From Williopsis jadinii (lineage: Eukaryota): DNA of 64,000 nucleotides. Made by a program: the position numbers and the translations under genes. Of this stretch, positions 1-12,071 are shown piece by piece. Below the pieces are notes generated by a model. That model worked only from the letters and a program-made list of their open reading frames with translations, did not search any database and had not been told where the DNA came from. Position 1 is the first letter of the stretch, and every line of letters begins with the position of its first letter. The stretch spans positions 1,240,001 through 1,304,000 of the forward strand of contig AP024665.1 in assembly GCA_024346625.1 (NCBI GenBank). The letters run 5' to 3'.

Positions 1-411
1 CTCCATGTTCCGGAACATCGCCTGCTGGTCGATCCAGTCGGGCACTGACCAGTGTTCCGGCCTCACCTGGCCAAACCTCACATGCTCGCTCGAAACCATA
101 GCCGTGATGGCCTCCTTGAACTCCTCCGTGAACGGCTTATCGTTCAGAAACACCCAATCGTAGTGGTATCGCGAGTTGAACCTATCCTCTATCGACTGCA
201 CTGTGCGCAGCATATCGTACAGGTCCTCATTGCGACAGAGGGTCAGAAACGTGGCATTCTGCCTCACAGGCTCTACTCCACGCACCAATTGGTCGTCTCG
301 AACGTGATGGCCGTTGCTGAGATGGCTCATCGCAACATTCCACGCCAGTTCAGTCCACGACGTTATCGCAAGCACCAAGGCGGCAATTAATCCCACCAAC
401 CAGCTCAACAT
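1..411 (-). CDS. KRE2/KTR family (GT15) alpha-1,2-mannosyltransferase, 5' part only (runs off window start)
   Basis: Not in ORF track. Manual translation from ATG at 411: MLSWLVGLIAALVLAITSW (type II anchor)...NATFLTLCRNEDLYDMLRTVQSIEDRFNSRYHYDWVFLNDKPFTEEFK...EHWSVPDWID, the characteristic GT15 N-terminal motifs. Confidence 0.9.
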   Translation of the reverse strand, partial: MLSWLVGLIAALVLAITSWTELAWNVAMSHLSNGHHVRDDQLVRGVEPVRQNATFLTLCRNEDLYDMLRTVQSIEDRFNSRYHYDWVFLNDKPFTEEFKEAITAMVSSEHVRFGQVRPEHWSVPDWIDQQAMFRNME

Positions 412-769
412 GGTCCTAATCAAATCATGCAGAGCAAGACTGATCAACTCAACGACAAAATATCACCACAAGTGGTCTTGAAAGATAGCTCAGAGGCCAA
501 TTGATCCACCAGTGCAACACAGCCTGTGCCTGGAATCGCCCTCTATCGTCAAAATTGCTCCATAAGCCTCAATCAACTGATGTGGAAAATTTTTGTTGGC
601 ACATATGAAATTGCATCACCCTGGTAACGGAAACTGTAGCAATGTTCACTTTAAGCACTAGAGACGGTTTATATCCACGTTGAAGTACAGGAGATATAGC
701 AAATGGTTGCCGAAAGAACATTCATTATGCCTTTATATGTACAAGAACCCCCCTCTACTGTGTATTTCT

Positions 770-2998
770 TCAATACTCTTCGACAATCTCCTTCATTCTC
801 TCTGCCGTGACCTGTTCCATGCCTTTGAACTCCATGTGATAGGTTGCTCTTCCCTGAGTCAAGGCACGCAGCTTTGGCAAGTAGCCAATCATCTCCTTCA
901 ATGGCACCTGTGCGTTGATCTTCTGGCCGGTGGTGAAGTCCGTTCTCAGCTTGATGAACTCCAAAGTGGGATCGTACGGGACGTACTGGTTCTCGCTAAT
1001 CAGCTTGAACTCGGCCAACGAACTCGAGGCCTCATCCTCGTCGATTGAGTCGATAACACCTTTCCGAACAGAGGTTAGATCTTGGATAACAGAGCCGATG
1101 TCTTCAGGAGAAACCTCGACAGAGACCTTCATCATGGGCTCCATGATGTTGAAGTTGTCGGAGCTGGAGAGCAGCTGTGCAAACAGTTGTCTCGTAACGT
1201 TGATAAGCACGGTGGCATCCTGGAAGTCGTCTGCCACATCAATGGAATCAATGGTGACCAGCACGGAGTGTAAGGGCAGCTTCAAGATCGGACCTCTCTG
1301 GATAGAGGAGATGGTTCCCGATATGATGGCATTGGTCAACGTCTCATACGGCATGAGCTTGTGTAAGTTCCAGTCCTTTGGCTCGTAAGGCACTGCCAAA
1401 TAGTTGTGATCTGAAAGGTCAACGTATCTCATGTTCTTTGGAAGTTTGGAGGCCTCTTGAGGGTTCTGTTCAATGCTAATGGACAGTTTCACCCCATCTT
1501 GCTCCTTTTCACCACTGGCCTTCTCCAGTATTGTTTCCTTGTAGGACACCATAATCTTACCCAGTTCGACCTTAGCCTTCAAGTCATCGAGCCTGCCCTT
1601 GGCGATCTCCAAGTGCAATTCGCCCATACCACTTAGCAGTGTCTGACCTGATTCTTCGTCCACGGTAACCTTTAAGCTGGGGTCCTCCCGCAGCAACACC
1701 TCCAAGGCATCATCCATGGATCGCTTATCACCAGAGGTCCTTGGCTCTAATGAGATGGTGAATACAGGTGGTGGAACCTCAATTGGATTCACCACGAGAT
1801 CTGTGTCTTTGATCTTCTTCTTCTGGGTGTTGAACAGGATTGTATCGCCAGTCTTAATCTTGTCACTAACAATAACACCAATGTTTCCAGCAGTGATCTC
1901 TGACACTTCCTGTGGAACATTGGCGTTCATGATCAAGAGCTTGCCAATCTTGACGGGCTCGCCGTGGACGTAGATGGTGGAGTTACTCACGAGCTTGCCT
2001 GTGTAGACCCTGACAAACACCATGACGCCTCTGATTGGATCAGTGGTGACTTTGAATGCCAGAGCAATCGACAGCTTATCGTTCCCTTTGACCTGGAATC
2101 CGTTCTCCTTGTTCAAGACCAAGGCTGTGTTCAAATCAGGCGTGATGTCCACAGGAGATGGCAAGTAGGAGTTGACGGCATCCATAAGAGGTTGTACACC
2201 AATGTTCTTGAAGCTTGCACCGCACAACACCGGCACCGCATGGTTCTCCAGCGTTGATTTCCTAATGGCTCTCTGTATCAAGTCGTTTGGTATCTTCATG
2301 TAGTCCTCAGTCTCCAGGAACGCATCCACAACGGCCTCGTCAACCTCGCCCAGAGTCTCCACCAAGGACTCTCTGCACTTGGTGATTTCCGCTAGAGAAT
2401 CGCCTTCAGGCTCCTCAACGGACACCTTGTCACCCTCGTCCCAGCGTATCACCTTCTGGTTCACCACATCTAGCACGCCTGTGAACTTGGGCTGTCTTCC
2501 AACCGTGCTGAACAGGGGAACATTACACAGCAACACCTTGGTCCCCAGCTTAGCAACGATCTCCTTAACAGTCCGGCCGTACCCAGCTCCTTCCCTGTCC
2601 ATTTTGTTCACGAAGATCAGCTTGGGCGTCGCCATGCTCTGCTTCCAGACCTTCTCAGTCTGGGCCTCAACACCGGCCACCGCGTCCAGAATGGTGACAA
2701 CACCATCCAGCACCTTCAGCGACCGGATCACCTCGAACGTGAAGTCGGCGTGGCCCGGAGTGTCGATCAGGTTGATCCGATGGCTATTCCATGGGATCGT
2801 GATCGCAGCAGACTGGATCGTGATCCCCCTGGCACGCTCAGCTGGCAGGAAGTCCGTCACAGTGTCGCCTTGGTCAACATTGCCGATCCTGGACGTCAGC
2901 CCAGAGTAGAACAGCATCCGTTCAGTGGTGGTGGTCTTCCCAGCATCGATGTGCGCAATGATGCCAATGTTCCTTATCCGGCTAATGGGCACCTTCAT
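770..2998 (-). CDS. MEF2: Mitochondrial EF-G2 / ribosome-releasing factor 2
   Basis: RNIGIIAHIDAGKTTTTERMLFYSG, RGITIQSAA, DTPGHADF, NKMD, GMGELHLEI; divergent domain IV typical of EF-G2mt. Confidence 0.9.
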   Translation of the reverse strand: MKVPISRIRNIGIIAHIDAGKTTTTERMLFYSGLTSRIGNVDQGDTVTDFLPAERARGITIQSAAITIPWNSHRINLIDTPGHADFTFEVIRSLKVLDGVVTILDAVAGVEAQTEKVWKQSMATPKLIFVNKMDREGAGYGRTVKEIVAKLGTKVLLCNVPLFSTVGRQPKFTGVLDVVNQKVIRWDEGDKVSVEEPEGDSLAEITKCRESLVETLGEVDEAVVDAFLETEDYMKIPNDLIQRAIRKSTLENHAVPVLCGASFKNIGVQPLMDAVNSYLPSPVDITPDLNTALVLNKENGFQVKGNDKLSIALAFKVTTDPIRGVMVFVRVYTGKLVSNSTIYVHGEPVKIGKLLIMNANVPQEVSEITAGNIGVIVSDKIKTGDTILFNTQKKKIKDTDLVVNPIEVPPPVFTISLEPRTSGDKRSMDDALEVLLREDPSLKVTVDEESGQTLLSGMGELHLEIAKGRLDDLKAKVELGKIMVSYKETILEKASGEKEQDGVKLSISIEQNPQEASKLPKNMRYVDLSDHNYLAVPYEPKDWNLHKLMPYETLTNAIISGTISSIQRGPILKLPLHSVLVTIDSIDVADDFQDATVLINVTRQLFAQLLSSSDNFNIMEPMMKVSVEVSPEDIGSVIQDLTSVRKGVIDSIDEDEASSSLAEFKLISENQYVPYDPTLEFIKLRTDFTTGQKINAQVPLKEMIGYLPKLRALTQGRATYHMEFKGMEQVTAERMKEIVEEY

Positions 2999-3155
2999 CG
3001 TCGTTCCACCGGCTGTGTCCTGATCTTGCTGCGCTTGCTGGCGTGGTGAGCGCAGTGGGAAAACGTATACATAGTGAAAAATTTCTCTTCACGGGCTCAA
3101 CAGCCTCTTCCCACCAGGCTGGACGAGACCAGAACCCGCAAGCCCAGCACTGGAC

Positions 3156-4067
3156 ATGACAGACTTCGACATCAAGAAGACGTATCTCAAGTTCCTGGAG
3201 GATGACCAGGAGATGACGATGCCCATAGCGGCGATCGAGTCGCTAGTGACGCTGCTGAAGGTGAAGCAGCCCTCGACCTCCACGGAGCTCATCACGCTGT
3301 TACAGGACGCCACACGGGACCTCAAGCAGTCCATTCCGAACGCCGTGTCGTTGTCTGCCGGGTGTGACCTGTTCATGAGATTCGTGCTGAGAAACACACA
3401 CCTGTACCATGACTACGAGAGCTGTAAGAAGCACCTTGTTGAGAACGGCCAGCTGTTCCTGGAGCGGTCCAAGGCGTCGAGAGATAAGATCGCAGAGATC
3501 GGCTCCAAGTTCATCACGGACGACGACACCGTGCTGGTGCACTCCTTCTCGAGAGCGGTGTACTCGCTGCTGAGCCACGCGGCAGACCGCAAGATCAGGT
3601 TCAGGGTCGTGGTCACGGAGGCCAGACCAACGTTCCAGGGTGAGCGCATGGCCAAGTACCTCAGGGAGAAGAACGTGCCCGTGAGCCTGATCGTGGACTC
3701 GGCAGTCGGCTTCGTGATACACAAGGTGGACAAGGTGCTTGTGGGCGCCGAGGGCGTTGCCGAGAGTGGAGGTATCATCAACCACGTTGGCACGTATCAG
3801 ATTGGAGTGTTGGCGAAGGCCGCCAACAAGCCATTGTACGTTGTTTCAGAGTCCCACAAGTTCGTCAGAATGTTCCCGTTGGCTCCAGACGATATTCCAA
3901 CGGACCACGACCCCTTACGCCACTTCTCCACGTCGAACGACGACCAGGTGTGCTCGCCATTGATCGACTTCACTCCGCACGAGTTCCTCACGGCCTTGAT
4001 CACGGATCTGGGGGTGCTGACACCTGCCGCCGTGTCTGAAGAGCTGATCAAGATGTGGTACGACTAG
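3156..4067 (+). CDS. GCN3: Translation initiation factor eIF2B alpha subunit
   Basis: MTMPIAAIESL, SLSAGCDLFMRFV, VGAEGVAESGGIIN, ESHKFVRMFPL, TPAAVSEELIKMWYD. Confidence 0.96.
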   Translation: MTDFDIKKTYLKFLEDDQEMTMPIAAIESLVTLLKVKQPSTSTELITLLQDATRDLKQSIPNAVSLSAGCDLFMRFVLRNTHLYHDYESCKKHLVENGQLFLERSKASRDKIAEIGSKFITDDDTVLVHSFSRAVYSLLSHAADRKIRFRVVVTEARPTFQGERMAKYLREKNVPVSLIVDSAVGFVIHKVDKVLVGAEGVAESGGIINHVGTYQIGVLAKAANKPLYVVSESHKFVRMFPLAPDDIPTDHDPLRHFSTSNDDQVCSPLIDFTPHEFLTALITDLGVLTPAAVSEELIKMWYD

Positions 4068-4161
4068 TTTGGTTAGTTGTTAGTGCCGTTTTTACGTATA
4101 TATAGAATAGCGAAGCAGACAAGGCCATGCGCATGTTATAAGGCATCGTATAAAATCCAAT

Positions 4162-4911
4162 CTATAAAGCTCTCTTGTTCTCATCCAGTTGGTCAATGGT
4201 GACGTCCTCACTCAGCACGCTCTTGATATCCTTCAAGATGTCTTTGAAAGAGTCGAACTGCGTGAATGGGATCTTGTCACGGCGACAGATCGTGACCAAG
4301 TCCTTGCCTCTCTTAGCAAACAGCAAGTCGGTCTCCCTGGCAGCTGACAGGTCTGAGACTCCATCGCCACAGTAGAACAGCTTCTGGTGCGACCCACTCG
4401 GTCTGGCCTCGCTGTATGGTCTGATGGCCCTGGACTTGTCATGGCCAAAGGGCGTCTCATCTCTGTACGAGATTCTCCACGACTGGTCCTCCGCGTTGAC
4501 CTCCACGTCGTTGGAGACGATCTCGATTCTCTCCACGGCCTCCTCGCCCACCAGCTTCTGCAGCAGGGCCTTGATGATGGGCTTCATACCACTGGACACA
4601 ACCACGATCGGGATGTCGTTCTGCTCACACCAGTGGAACGTCTCCTTGAACCCGGGATCCAGCTCAATGTGCTGCAACAGATACTCGACAGACTCGTCGA
4701 ACGGTGTCGGGATGGACTCCAGCATCTGCGAGAAGGCGTCTCTGAAGCTCATCGCCCCGTTCAGGATCAGCTCGTTCAGCTCCAGTCTCTTCGCCAGCCC
4801 GAAGCCAAGGTTCTCCGTGAGATAGTCGTTGGAATCCTGGAGAGTGACTGTGCCGTCAAAATCGGTGAAGATGATGGCCTTCTTGTTCTCGTACTCTTTG
4901 ACAAATGACAT
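4162..4911 (-). CDS. HAD-superfamily phosphatase (MtnX-like; YNL010W/PYP1-like polyol-phosphate phosphatase)
   Basis: Motif I FTDFDGTVT, motif II VVSSG, motif IV GDGVSD; first ATG at 4911. Confidence 0.85.
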   Translation of the reverse strand: MSFVKEYENKKAIIFTDFDGTVTLQDSNDYLTENLGFGLAKRLELNELILNGAMSFRDAFSQMLESIPTPFDESVEYLLQHIELDPGFKETFHWCEQNDIPIVVVSSGMKPIIKALLQKLVGEEAVERIEIVSNDVEVNAEDQSWRISYRDETPFGHDKSRAIRPYSEARPSGSHQKLFYCGDGVSDLSAARETDLLFAKRGKDLVTICRRDKIPFTQFDSFKDILKDIKSVLSEDVTIDQLDENKRAL

Positions 4912-5448
4912 CTTGCTGTGCTCCACGCTGCTGTTTCTCTTCTTCCCGGTAACGTCTCTCGATCCAAGCCGAACTCTCGTGATTGGACGTGTCTATCGTT
5001 CTATGTCTCCTCGACGATTGCTCAGGAACTCAGTGCCTCTGCTCAGCAACACCACATGGGTAACGAGGAGATGTTGGTGGAATGCTCGGTGGCCGTTGCC
5101 GTGGGTTTAGGCGCGCGGGCATCTTTGGTGTCGAGATGTTTGCAATTTTTTGCAGTAACAGGGGCAACCGCCGAGATGCTGAAGGGTGGACACGGAGGGC
5201 GGATATGACGTCATATGCTGGCCTGGGTGGGAATGTCCGGTGCGGTGGTGGACAGAGGACACGGTGGGCTCAATGAGGGATGCGATGAGGGTACTGCGCT
5301 GGTTCTGGAGGAAGCTGTGTATGTGTGTGTGATGTCTATGCCTGAAGCCCTTCGGCTCCAGTCAGTAGTAGTACGTACATATACTTCGATTAACCATTTT
5401 CCACTCAGTCTGAGCTGGCTCAGCCCACATAAATCAAAACAAGAACAA

Positions 5449-5521
5449 GGGCGTGTGGCGTAGTTGGTAGCGCGTTCGCTTAGCATGCGAAAGGTCTCCG
5501 GTTCGACTCCGGACTCGTCCA
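5449..5521 (+). tRNA. tRNA-Ala(AGC)
   Basis: GGGCGTG...CTCGTCCA, anticodon loop TTAGCAT, T-loop GGTTCGACTCC, downstream T-run Pol III terminator. Confidence 0.97.
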
Positions 5522-5687
5522 ATTTCTTTTTTGCAGTTTTTTTTTCACCGCGCGGGCAGCATTGATTACGTCAGCAACACAGTGTGTACTCAGACCGGGC
5601 ACTGCGCTGAATCAACACACAACAACAAAGCCAACCATCACTTCAAGCCAATATTCCACCGTTGGGAGCCCAAGAAAGCCTGTAACC

Positions 5688-6203
5688 ATGAAATACCTGA
5701 TAGTGCTGTCGAGACAAGGGAAGATAAGACTGTCCAAGTGGTACGTTCCACTGTCACAGAAGGATAAGGCAAAGATAACAAGGGAGTTGACAGCACTGGT
5801 GCTAGGGAGAAAGGCAAAGATGTGCAACATCTCAGAGTACAAGGGTAAGTAGCGCTGAAGCTGGGACGTTGACGAGCAATGTACTAACCACTGACTATCC
5901 TTAGACTCTAAGATCGTTTACAGACGCTATGCTTCGCTTTTCTTCATCGCAGGTGTGGATAACGAAGAAAACGAATTGCTAACATTGGACATAATCCATA
6001 GGTTTGTCGAGCAGATGGACAAAGCGTATGGCAACGTGTGTGAGTTGGACATCATATTCAACTTCCAGAAGGCATACCATATCCTGGATGAGCTGTTGAT
6101 TGGTGGCGATATAGTTGAAAGTTCAAAGAGAGAGGCGCTCAGAAGGGTTGTGCAGCAAGACCAGTTCGAAAGCATGGACCAATTGGACAGTGTGATAGCA
6201 TGA
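5688..6203 (+). CDS. APS1: AP-1 adaptor complex sigma subunit; intron 5845-5904
   Basis: MKYLIVLSRQGKIRLSKWY...EYK|DSKIVYRRYASLFF...NVCELDIIFNFQKAY; intron GTAAGT...TACTAAC...TAG restores frame. Confidence 0.92.
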
Positions 6204-6291
6204 TATCATTCCGACGCTGTCCCAATGTCTACAAGTAGAAGAGAAATGTACATTAATGGTAAACGTGAATTGATACGATGGAGCCGCAGTT

Positions 6292-7059
6292 TCAGTTGGC
6301 CGATATGTCTTTGACCAACAGACCTATGTAGTCTTCTTCGTTGGTGTTGGATCTCAACACGTCTCTATTGTCTGCTTGGAAGATCTCTTTCTTCAGTGCT
6401 AATGATGCCTCTGAAGAAGAATCAGCCCAGGGAAGTTCGGTAAAGGACTCATCTTCAACTTTCTTTCTAGCCATTAATGCCTCCCCCAATCTTGGAGTAT
6501 TGTCGTTAGAGCTCTTAACAGACATCTGAACTACCTGAACCGTATCTCTACCTGAGTGGTTATTCTCTAATCTGTGTAAGTCCCTGGCTGTCGCTATCTC
6601 TCTGTCGATATAGTTCAAACTAGGTCTCAACTGTGCAACTTTGTCCAACTGACAAAGGACAATCTCTCCATTTTGTACGTTGGCAACGTAATACCCCTCT
6701 AGACCAATCAGTACACCGCTCAATGTCTGCTTGTTAACTCCACCCCATTCATCGCTCTTATTGACGTCAAAGAACTTGCTTGTATCAATTGGTACATCTG
6801 CCTCTAAGAGATCGGTGGATGGTTTTAATCTGGTGCTCAGAACGTGTGATTCGTTCTCGTAGTGTCTCGCTGAAGGACGGCCTGGGTATTGTAAAGCACA
6901 TAGTTGAGTCTGAGCAGGCTTAGAAGTGATTATCATTGGAATCTCCGAAACGACTGGATCTTCATCCTCTCCGTCGTCTTGCGGTATGAAAGTTGGCGAC
7001 TCACTCCCAGTGTTCGTCATAGGCTCATCTTCATCATCACTAACAAAGAGCTTACTCAT
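6292..7059 (-). CDS. RPC37: RNA polymerase III subunit C37 (Sin-like/RPC5 family)
   Basis: EDEDPVVSEIP, LQYPGRP, AQLRPSLNYID, VQMSVKS. Confidence 0.85.
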   Translation of the reverse strand: MSKLFVSDDEDEPMTNTGSESPTFIPQDDGEDEDPVVSEIPMIITSKPAQTQLCALQYPGRPSARHYENESHVLSTRLKPSTDLLEADVPIDTSKFFDVNKSDEWGGVNKQTLSGVLIGLEGYYVANVQNGEIVLCQLDKVAQLRPSLNYIDREIATARDLHRLENNHSGRDTVQVVQMSVKSSNDNTPRLGEALMARKKVEDESFTELPWADSSSEASLALKKEIFQADNRDVLRSNTNEEDYIGLLVKDISAN

Positions 7060-7262
7060 GATAGCGGCTTGTCAAGATTCAGGAATAACACACGAATCCA
7101 CCTATACCTTGAGGTCTAAAGCCCCAAATATCGAAAGTTTGAAGAGCATCTCATCGTCACATCAAATTTTTGTACATAGCGTATACGGAACCGCTGCTGA
7201 TTAAGATATTACCTAAGCATCTATCTGTCTAGCTAACAGCACCCTTTTCGTAATTCAACAGA

Positions 7263-7334
7263 GCTCGCGTGGCGTAATGGCAACGCGTCTGACTTCTAAT
7301 CAGAAGATTCTGGGTTCGACCCCCAGCGTGAGTG
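7263..7334 (+). tRNA. tRNA-Arg(TCT)
   Basis: GCTCGCG...CGTGAGTG, anticodon loop CTTCTAA, T-loop GGTTCGACCCC, T-run downstream. Confidence 0.97.
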
Positions 7335-7560
7335 CTTTGTTATTTTTTTGGTTGTGAATGTGAGACAACTTACGTAATCAACCTGCGGTGACCAGGTGGA
7401 TAGACGAACTGATATATTGAGCACTGATTATGATATGACTATGCTTCCTGTTCAACCCACGCACACTGTAAGGATGCAAAGGATGAAGCTCTTTATTCTA
7501 CACCGCTGTTATACCATAATCGTGTCATATCATCATTAGTCCATTCTGAGGTACGATAAA

Positions 7561-9321
7561 CTATACAACTTTGACGTGGGCAGGCACTTCAACACAGCAC
7601 TTGATTTCCCTTCCCCATTCACTCATCAGGATTTGTTTACCGTTAATTCTTCTGGATGGTACAGGATCCAAGATGGAATATATCACATTTCTGCATCTGC
7701 TTCTCTTGATTTGCTCTATTGGTTCGTAGCCCTCTTTAACTTTTCTTCCTTCGAGATACTTGACGTAGAATTCATCATCTTGAGTAGCGGTTCTCCACAG
7801 ATGACGGCCAGTACGCATGGCCATGTAGATAACACCACATGCCCAAATATCGACACTTCTTGGGTCGAATTCCTCTGAAGTATACTCCTCTGGAGCAATG
7901 TAAGGTGAAGACCCGCAGATTCCACCAGACATGTGTACTTCTTTCTCCCACGCCATTCTAAAGCACTCACCGTTACCAAAATCCGTGATCTTTAAGGTAC
8001 CACGGTCAGTCAGCAGTAAATTCTCCGGTTTCAAATCACGATGAGCAACACCCATAGAATGCATATAGTTAACACCACGCATCAGCTGTTTGAAGAAACA
8101 GTCAGCCTCCACATATTCCAATTTACCGGCAGCAATGATCAAAGTGTACAAATCACCACCAGAACAATACTCCATAACCTCGACGTAGTCACCTTTGGCA
8201 TCCTGTAGAAGATCCAACGTTTCAATGATGTTGACGTGTTTGAGAGAGCTGGAGATACAAAACTCCGATGTTAGTCTTCTGGAGTACTTGTTATCAGATT
8301 CTCCAGGACGTCTTTTGAACTCCTTTACTGCATATAATGATTCGACACCTTGTTGAGTGCGTTTATGAGCCACTCTAACAACACCAAATGTTCCCTTGCC
8401 AACAGTCTCTTGACATTTACCGTATCTTTCAGCAAAAGTCAACGACTTATTACTCACCGCTGAAGTCATTGGTATTGTGCCATTCCCCCAGTTCGGAGCA
8501 GGGAACCTGCTTGCGATTTGGCCAGATGAAGGTGAATCACCATTGGGTACCTTCACCGTAGTTGCTCCCGAGAATGGGTTGTCCTGATCACCCTGATAGT
8601 CCTTCACCAAATTGGCAAACAACGATGGTGGTCCGCTTTGAATCAAGTCGGGCACAGTGGAAACAGCCTCATCTCTAATCTTCGAGGACTGTAACAAGTT
8701 TCGGAGCATCTTGGATAGTTTTTCTTGTCTCTTGTTGTTGGTCAAGTGATGCACATGTGTACCGTCTTCGTTGATAACAAATCTCACAAACTGTTTGGAC
8801 TTGTCCTTCTCTTTGTCCATAGAGGAGTTGATCGAAGCTGTTCTGCTGACCTGGATGTTTTTGGAAGCACCATTCTCAACCCTGATACTCGGTGAGCGAC
8901 TCGGTACCGTTTGCTTTGGTGGTGGTGGCGAGTAAGAGTCTATCTCCAGATCTGACGCTTCGTCTATTTTCAACTCCTGGATCGGTGGCACCATAACTGG
9001 GCTTTTCTTGTTATTCAGCGAGGACAAATCAAGGTGAGAGTTGTTGAGAGACGAGCACATGGATGATGAAGTGGAATAACCTTCGTGATCCGTCTGTTGG
9101 CCTTGTTGTTGTTGTTGTTGTTGTGGAGGTGGTGGCGCCTGCTGCTGTAGTGGCGACTGCGGTGCCAGCGGTGATGTCGTTTGCTGTAGCGCCTTGGTTG
9201 GAGGCGATGTTGGTGTTTGACCTGTGGTCGTCCCAGCACTGCTTGAAGCTGAGGACACACCAAACATCTTACCAATCTTAGAAAGCGTTGACTTTCGTGG
9301 GCGGTTTCCTTCAGCAGCCAT
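7561..9321 (-). CDS. SAT4: HAL-family Ser/Thr kinase (salt tolerance / transporter regulation)
   Basis: [59 protein letters not shown]; low-complexity Q/S/P N-terminus; first ATG 9321. Confidence 0.9.
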   Translation of the reverse strand: MAAEGNRPRKSTLSKIGKMFGVSSASSSAGTTTGQTPTSPPTKALQQTTSPLAPQSPLQQQAPPPPQQQQQQQGQQTDHEGYSTSSSMCSSLNNSHLDLSSLNNKKSPVMVPPIQELKIDEASDLEIDSYSPPPPKQTVPSRSPSIRVENGASKNIQVSRTASINSSMDKEKDKSKQFVRFVINEDGTHVHHLTNNKRQEKLSKMLRNLLQSSKIRDEAVSTVPDLIQSGPPSLFANLVKDYQGDQDNPFSGATTVKVPNGDSPSSGQIASRFPAPNWGNGTIPMTSAVSNKSLTFAERYGKCQETVGKGTFGVVRVAHKRTQQGVESLYAVKEFKRRPGESDNKYSRRLTSEFCISSSLKHVNIIETLDLLQDAKGDYVEVMEYCSGGDLYTLIIAAGKLEYVEADCFFKQLMRGVNYMHSMGVAHRDLKPENLLLTDRGTLKITDFGNGECFRMAWEKEVHMSGGICGSSPYIAPEEYTSEEFDPRSVDIWACGVIYMAMRTGRHLWRTATQDDEFYVKYLEGRKVKEGYEPIEQIKRSRCRNVIYSILDPVPSRRINGKQILMSEWGREIKCCVEVPAHVKVV

Positions 9322-12071
9322 CGCCCTTGCCTGTATATCTTCAACCCTAAAACACACGCAACTTGCGCTCTTTCAAACAGCCACAGCTAGCGCAAATCTC
9401 AATCAGCAGTGCAAACGCACGTTTGGTGATATTCCTTCCCTTTAATGCTTTCGTAGGGGGATGTGTAGTGCTTCAATGTGCTGCGAACGCAGGCCTTTAG
9501 ATTCTCTCGGCACACAGACGTAGCAGCCTGAAAGGGGACTCGTTCTCTGGCTGGGAGGAGATTGGAGCGTAAACAGCGCCCAGAAAGACTGCAAAAGAAA
9601 GAAAACGAGAGTGATAGAGACTCAAGGAGGCTGAGCCAATTGGTGACTATTCAACGATTACTTGTCTCAAAGGGGAAACCTCAAGCAAAGCACAGTCTTC
9701 TGAGACCTTCAGGGATTGCGAAAACAGTAGAGTGGGAAATTTATCACCTCGTGCTTTTCCGTTAACTTTCGCTTCCAGGTGCTCAGCAGCTGAGAAGCCA
9801 GGAAACAGACGAAAAATTCAAATTTTCTCAGCGTGCGCTCTGCTCAAGTTTATAGGGGGACTCCTGTGCGTTTTTCGTCACTTTTGGTGTCCTGGCCTCA
9901 CTTTCTCCCTCGCCTTCTCGTGTTCCGCCGGGCGTCGATTCGAGATGCTCAATTTTCCCTTGTAGTAAACCAATTCGGTACTGTGCCTAAGTGTGAGCTT
10001 CGCTTCGAGTTTTGGCGTTGAAAATTTTTTTCCGAAATAGCAGGTTTTTCGATCTGTTTATGGAATTTTTGACTTATCTTTGTAAGCACACAGCCAGGTA
10101 GAAGGAAAGAGTTGATCAGCGGAAGAATCGGTTCTCTATTTCTCGTCTAACTGCTTTAACTATATACCAAACGTGGTGGTTCTTGTAGAGGTTCTTATTT
10201 ACAAATTACGTTTTAGGACATTGTAAAACAACCCCCTATTCAACCACCTGTTCCGATAATTCACCACAGCTTCGTCATCACCAAATGTTTGTAATTTAGC
10301 CACGCAGACCGGTAACAACGTGATTGGGCAGGCCAAAGCGTGCGCGTGTTTTCGATTCTGAACATGGCTGTTGTTCCAATGGCAGAGTTTCCTATCGGGG
10401 AGGCTGTAGAGTGTCAGCGCGGATCGCTGGCTATTCAATTGACCCATGGAGGAATACCCATGGAGGAATTCAGAGCCGGTGTTATTGGTCGAGAGTTGAG
10501 TGGAAAGGGCTGTGCAGCATGCACAGCTGCACATTGGTAAACAAAACAAAGGAAGAGGAAAACAGCATTGACAAATCCCGCTATGACGTCTTTCCATCGG
10601 TGCTGATGATTTCGAAAGTTGTAAGCTTGGCTCCCCTGTTGGCGTAGTAGGAGGTATGGGAGTATGGGATCCGTTTACCCTAATCCTAATTTGTAGGTGT
10701 TCTGAACCACAGATTTAGGGGAGTGTACGCGTCATTGCACACCACTAAGCGGTCTTCACGTGAGCTTCAATCCAAGAGCCATGGCCATTCGCTTAGCGGA
10801 CTGGTTCAACCGTCGAAGGCACAGCACCCTGGGTGCTTTGCCACCTGTACAAACCACGGTTTTGTATGAATTGTGATGATTGCGCAGTTGTTATGTGGAG
10901 ATAGTCGCCTTCGCACTGGTAACCTCGGGCAGCGGATCACTCTCACACAACCACCATCCCGACAGAGACGCGAACCTGGACGTGTACGGTTGTGCTGTGT
11001 ATAAGACCTGGTTCCAATGCATTTCTCAGCGTTAGGTGGTCTGCTCCACGGGCACTACACGAATAAAAGCCCTTTGTTGCCGGCTGACGACCCGCCTATT
11101 GTATATAAGTACGTGGATCTAGAACAGTTACAGCGTATCACACCATACATTGTTATCTAGGTGTTTGGGTTTTGGAAATCACAAGCAACAATGGGGATCA
11201 CTATGGTAGTTTTCTAGATCAGAGGCCAGAACGATGTGTGCCTTGGGTATGGAAAGAGCATCAAAGTGACATAATGCAGTGGTTTATAACCCCCCCCCCC
11301 ATAATCATGTCTATCATCTATGAATATCCTAACTGCGCTTTCTTAATCTGGATTATTGATCATTGGCCCTCTCGCCGCTCCAAGATCGACTGTTTTAGAT
11401 GTTAAAGGCATGGATGTGAACCCCCTCCCCCGCTCATCCCAATCGAGATTACTTCTCAACCCTCCTTTCTCTCAAACAGCACCTCTCCTTATCCTCCATC
11501 AAACGTATCATCTTCTTCGTGTGGGCAACAGATCACGTGAATCAAGCGTTAGGGCACCATGCACCACTTGCATGGTGGAACCTTCATTCACGCGATAAAT
11601 TGACTTCAGCTGTGATCCGCTTCCAGCTATACACCTCGTACATTTTACAAGCTTGTAACTACAGATCAACCCTTCCAGACCACCGATCTCGATGGATAAC
11701 CTCAAACGTCATGCATGGTTGACACAATCGTCCCCTGTTTGCAGTTAAATCTGCATTATAAAAGATGTACTCAATCGCCAAGCCTTGGGTGTTGGAACAA
11801 TCAACGTTGTACAACCCGACGATTGCCAAATATCGCTGGACACGATCACCGAGTTTGAAGCGAGATCTGATAGGCTGTCATACATAGGTGCAAGTTAAAA
11901 CAATCATTCATAAAATAAATATGTAATTAGATACCAACCGTTAAATTAGGACACAGTAGAACATGCGTAAAGGTGGTAAATGTCATTATCAAGCAGCAAT
12001 TTTTTCTTTGTCTTTTCAAATCATGTTAGAAACAAGGTAAACAGATAGAACCAGCTCAGCAAATACCAAGT

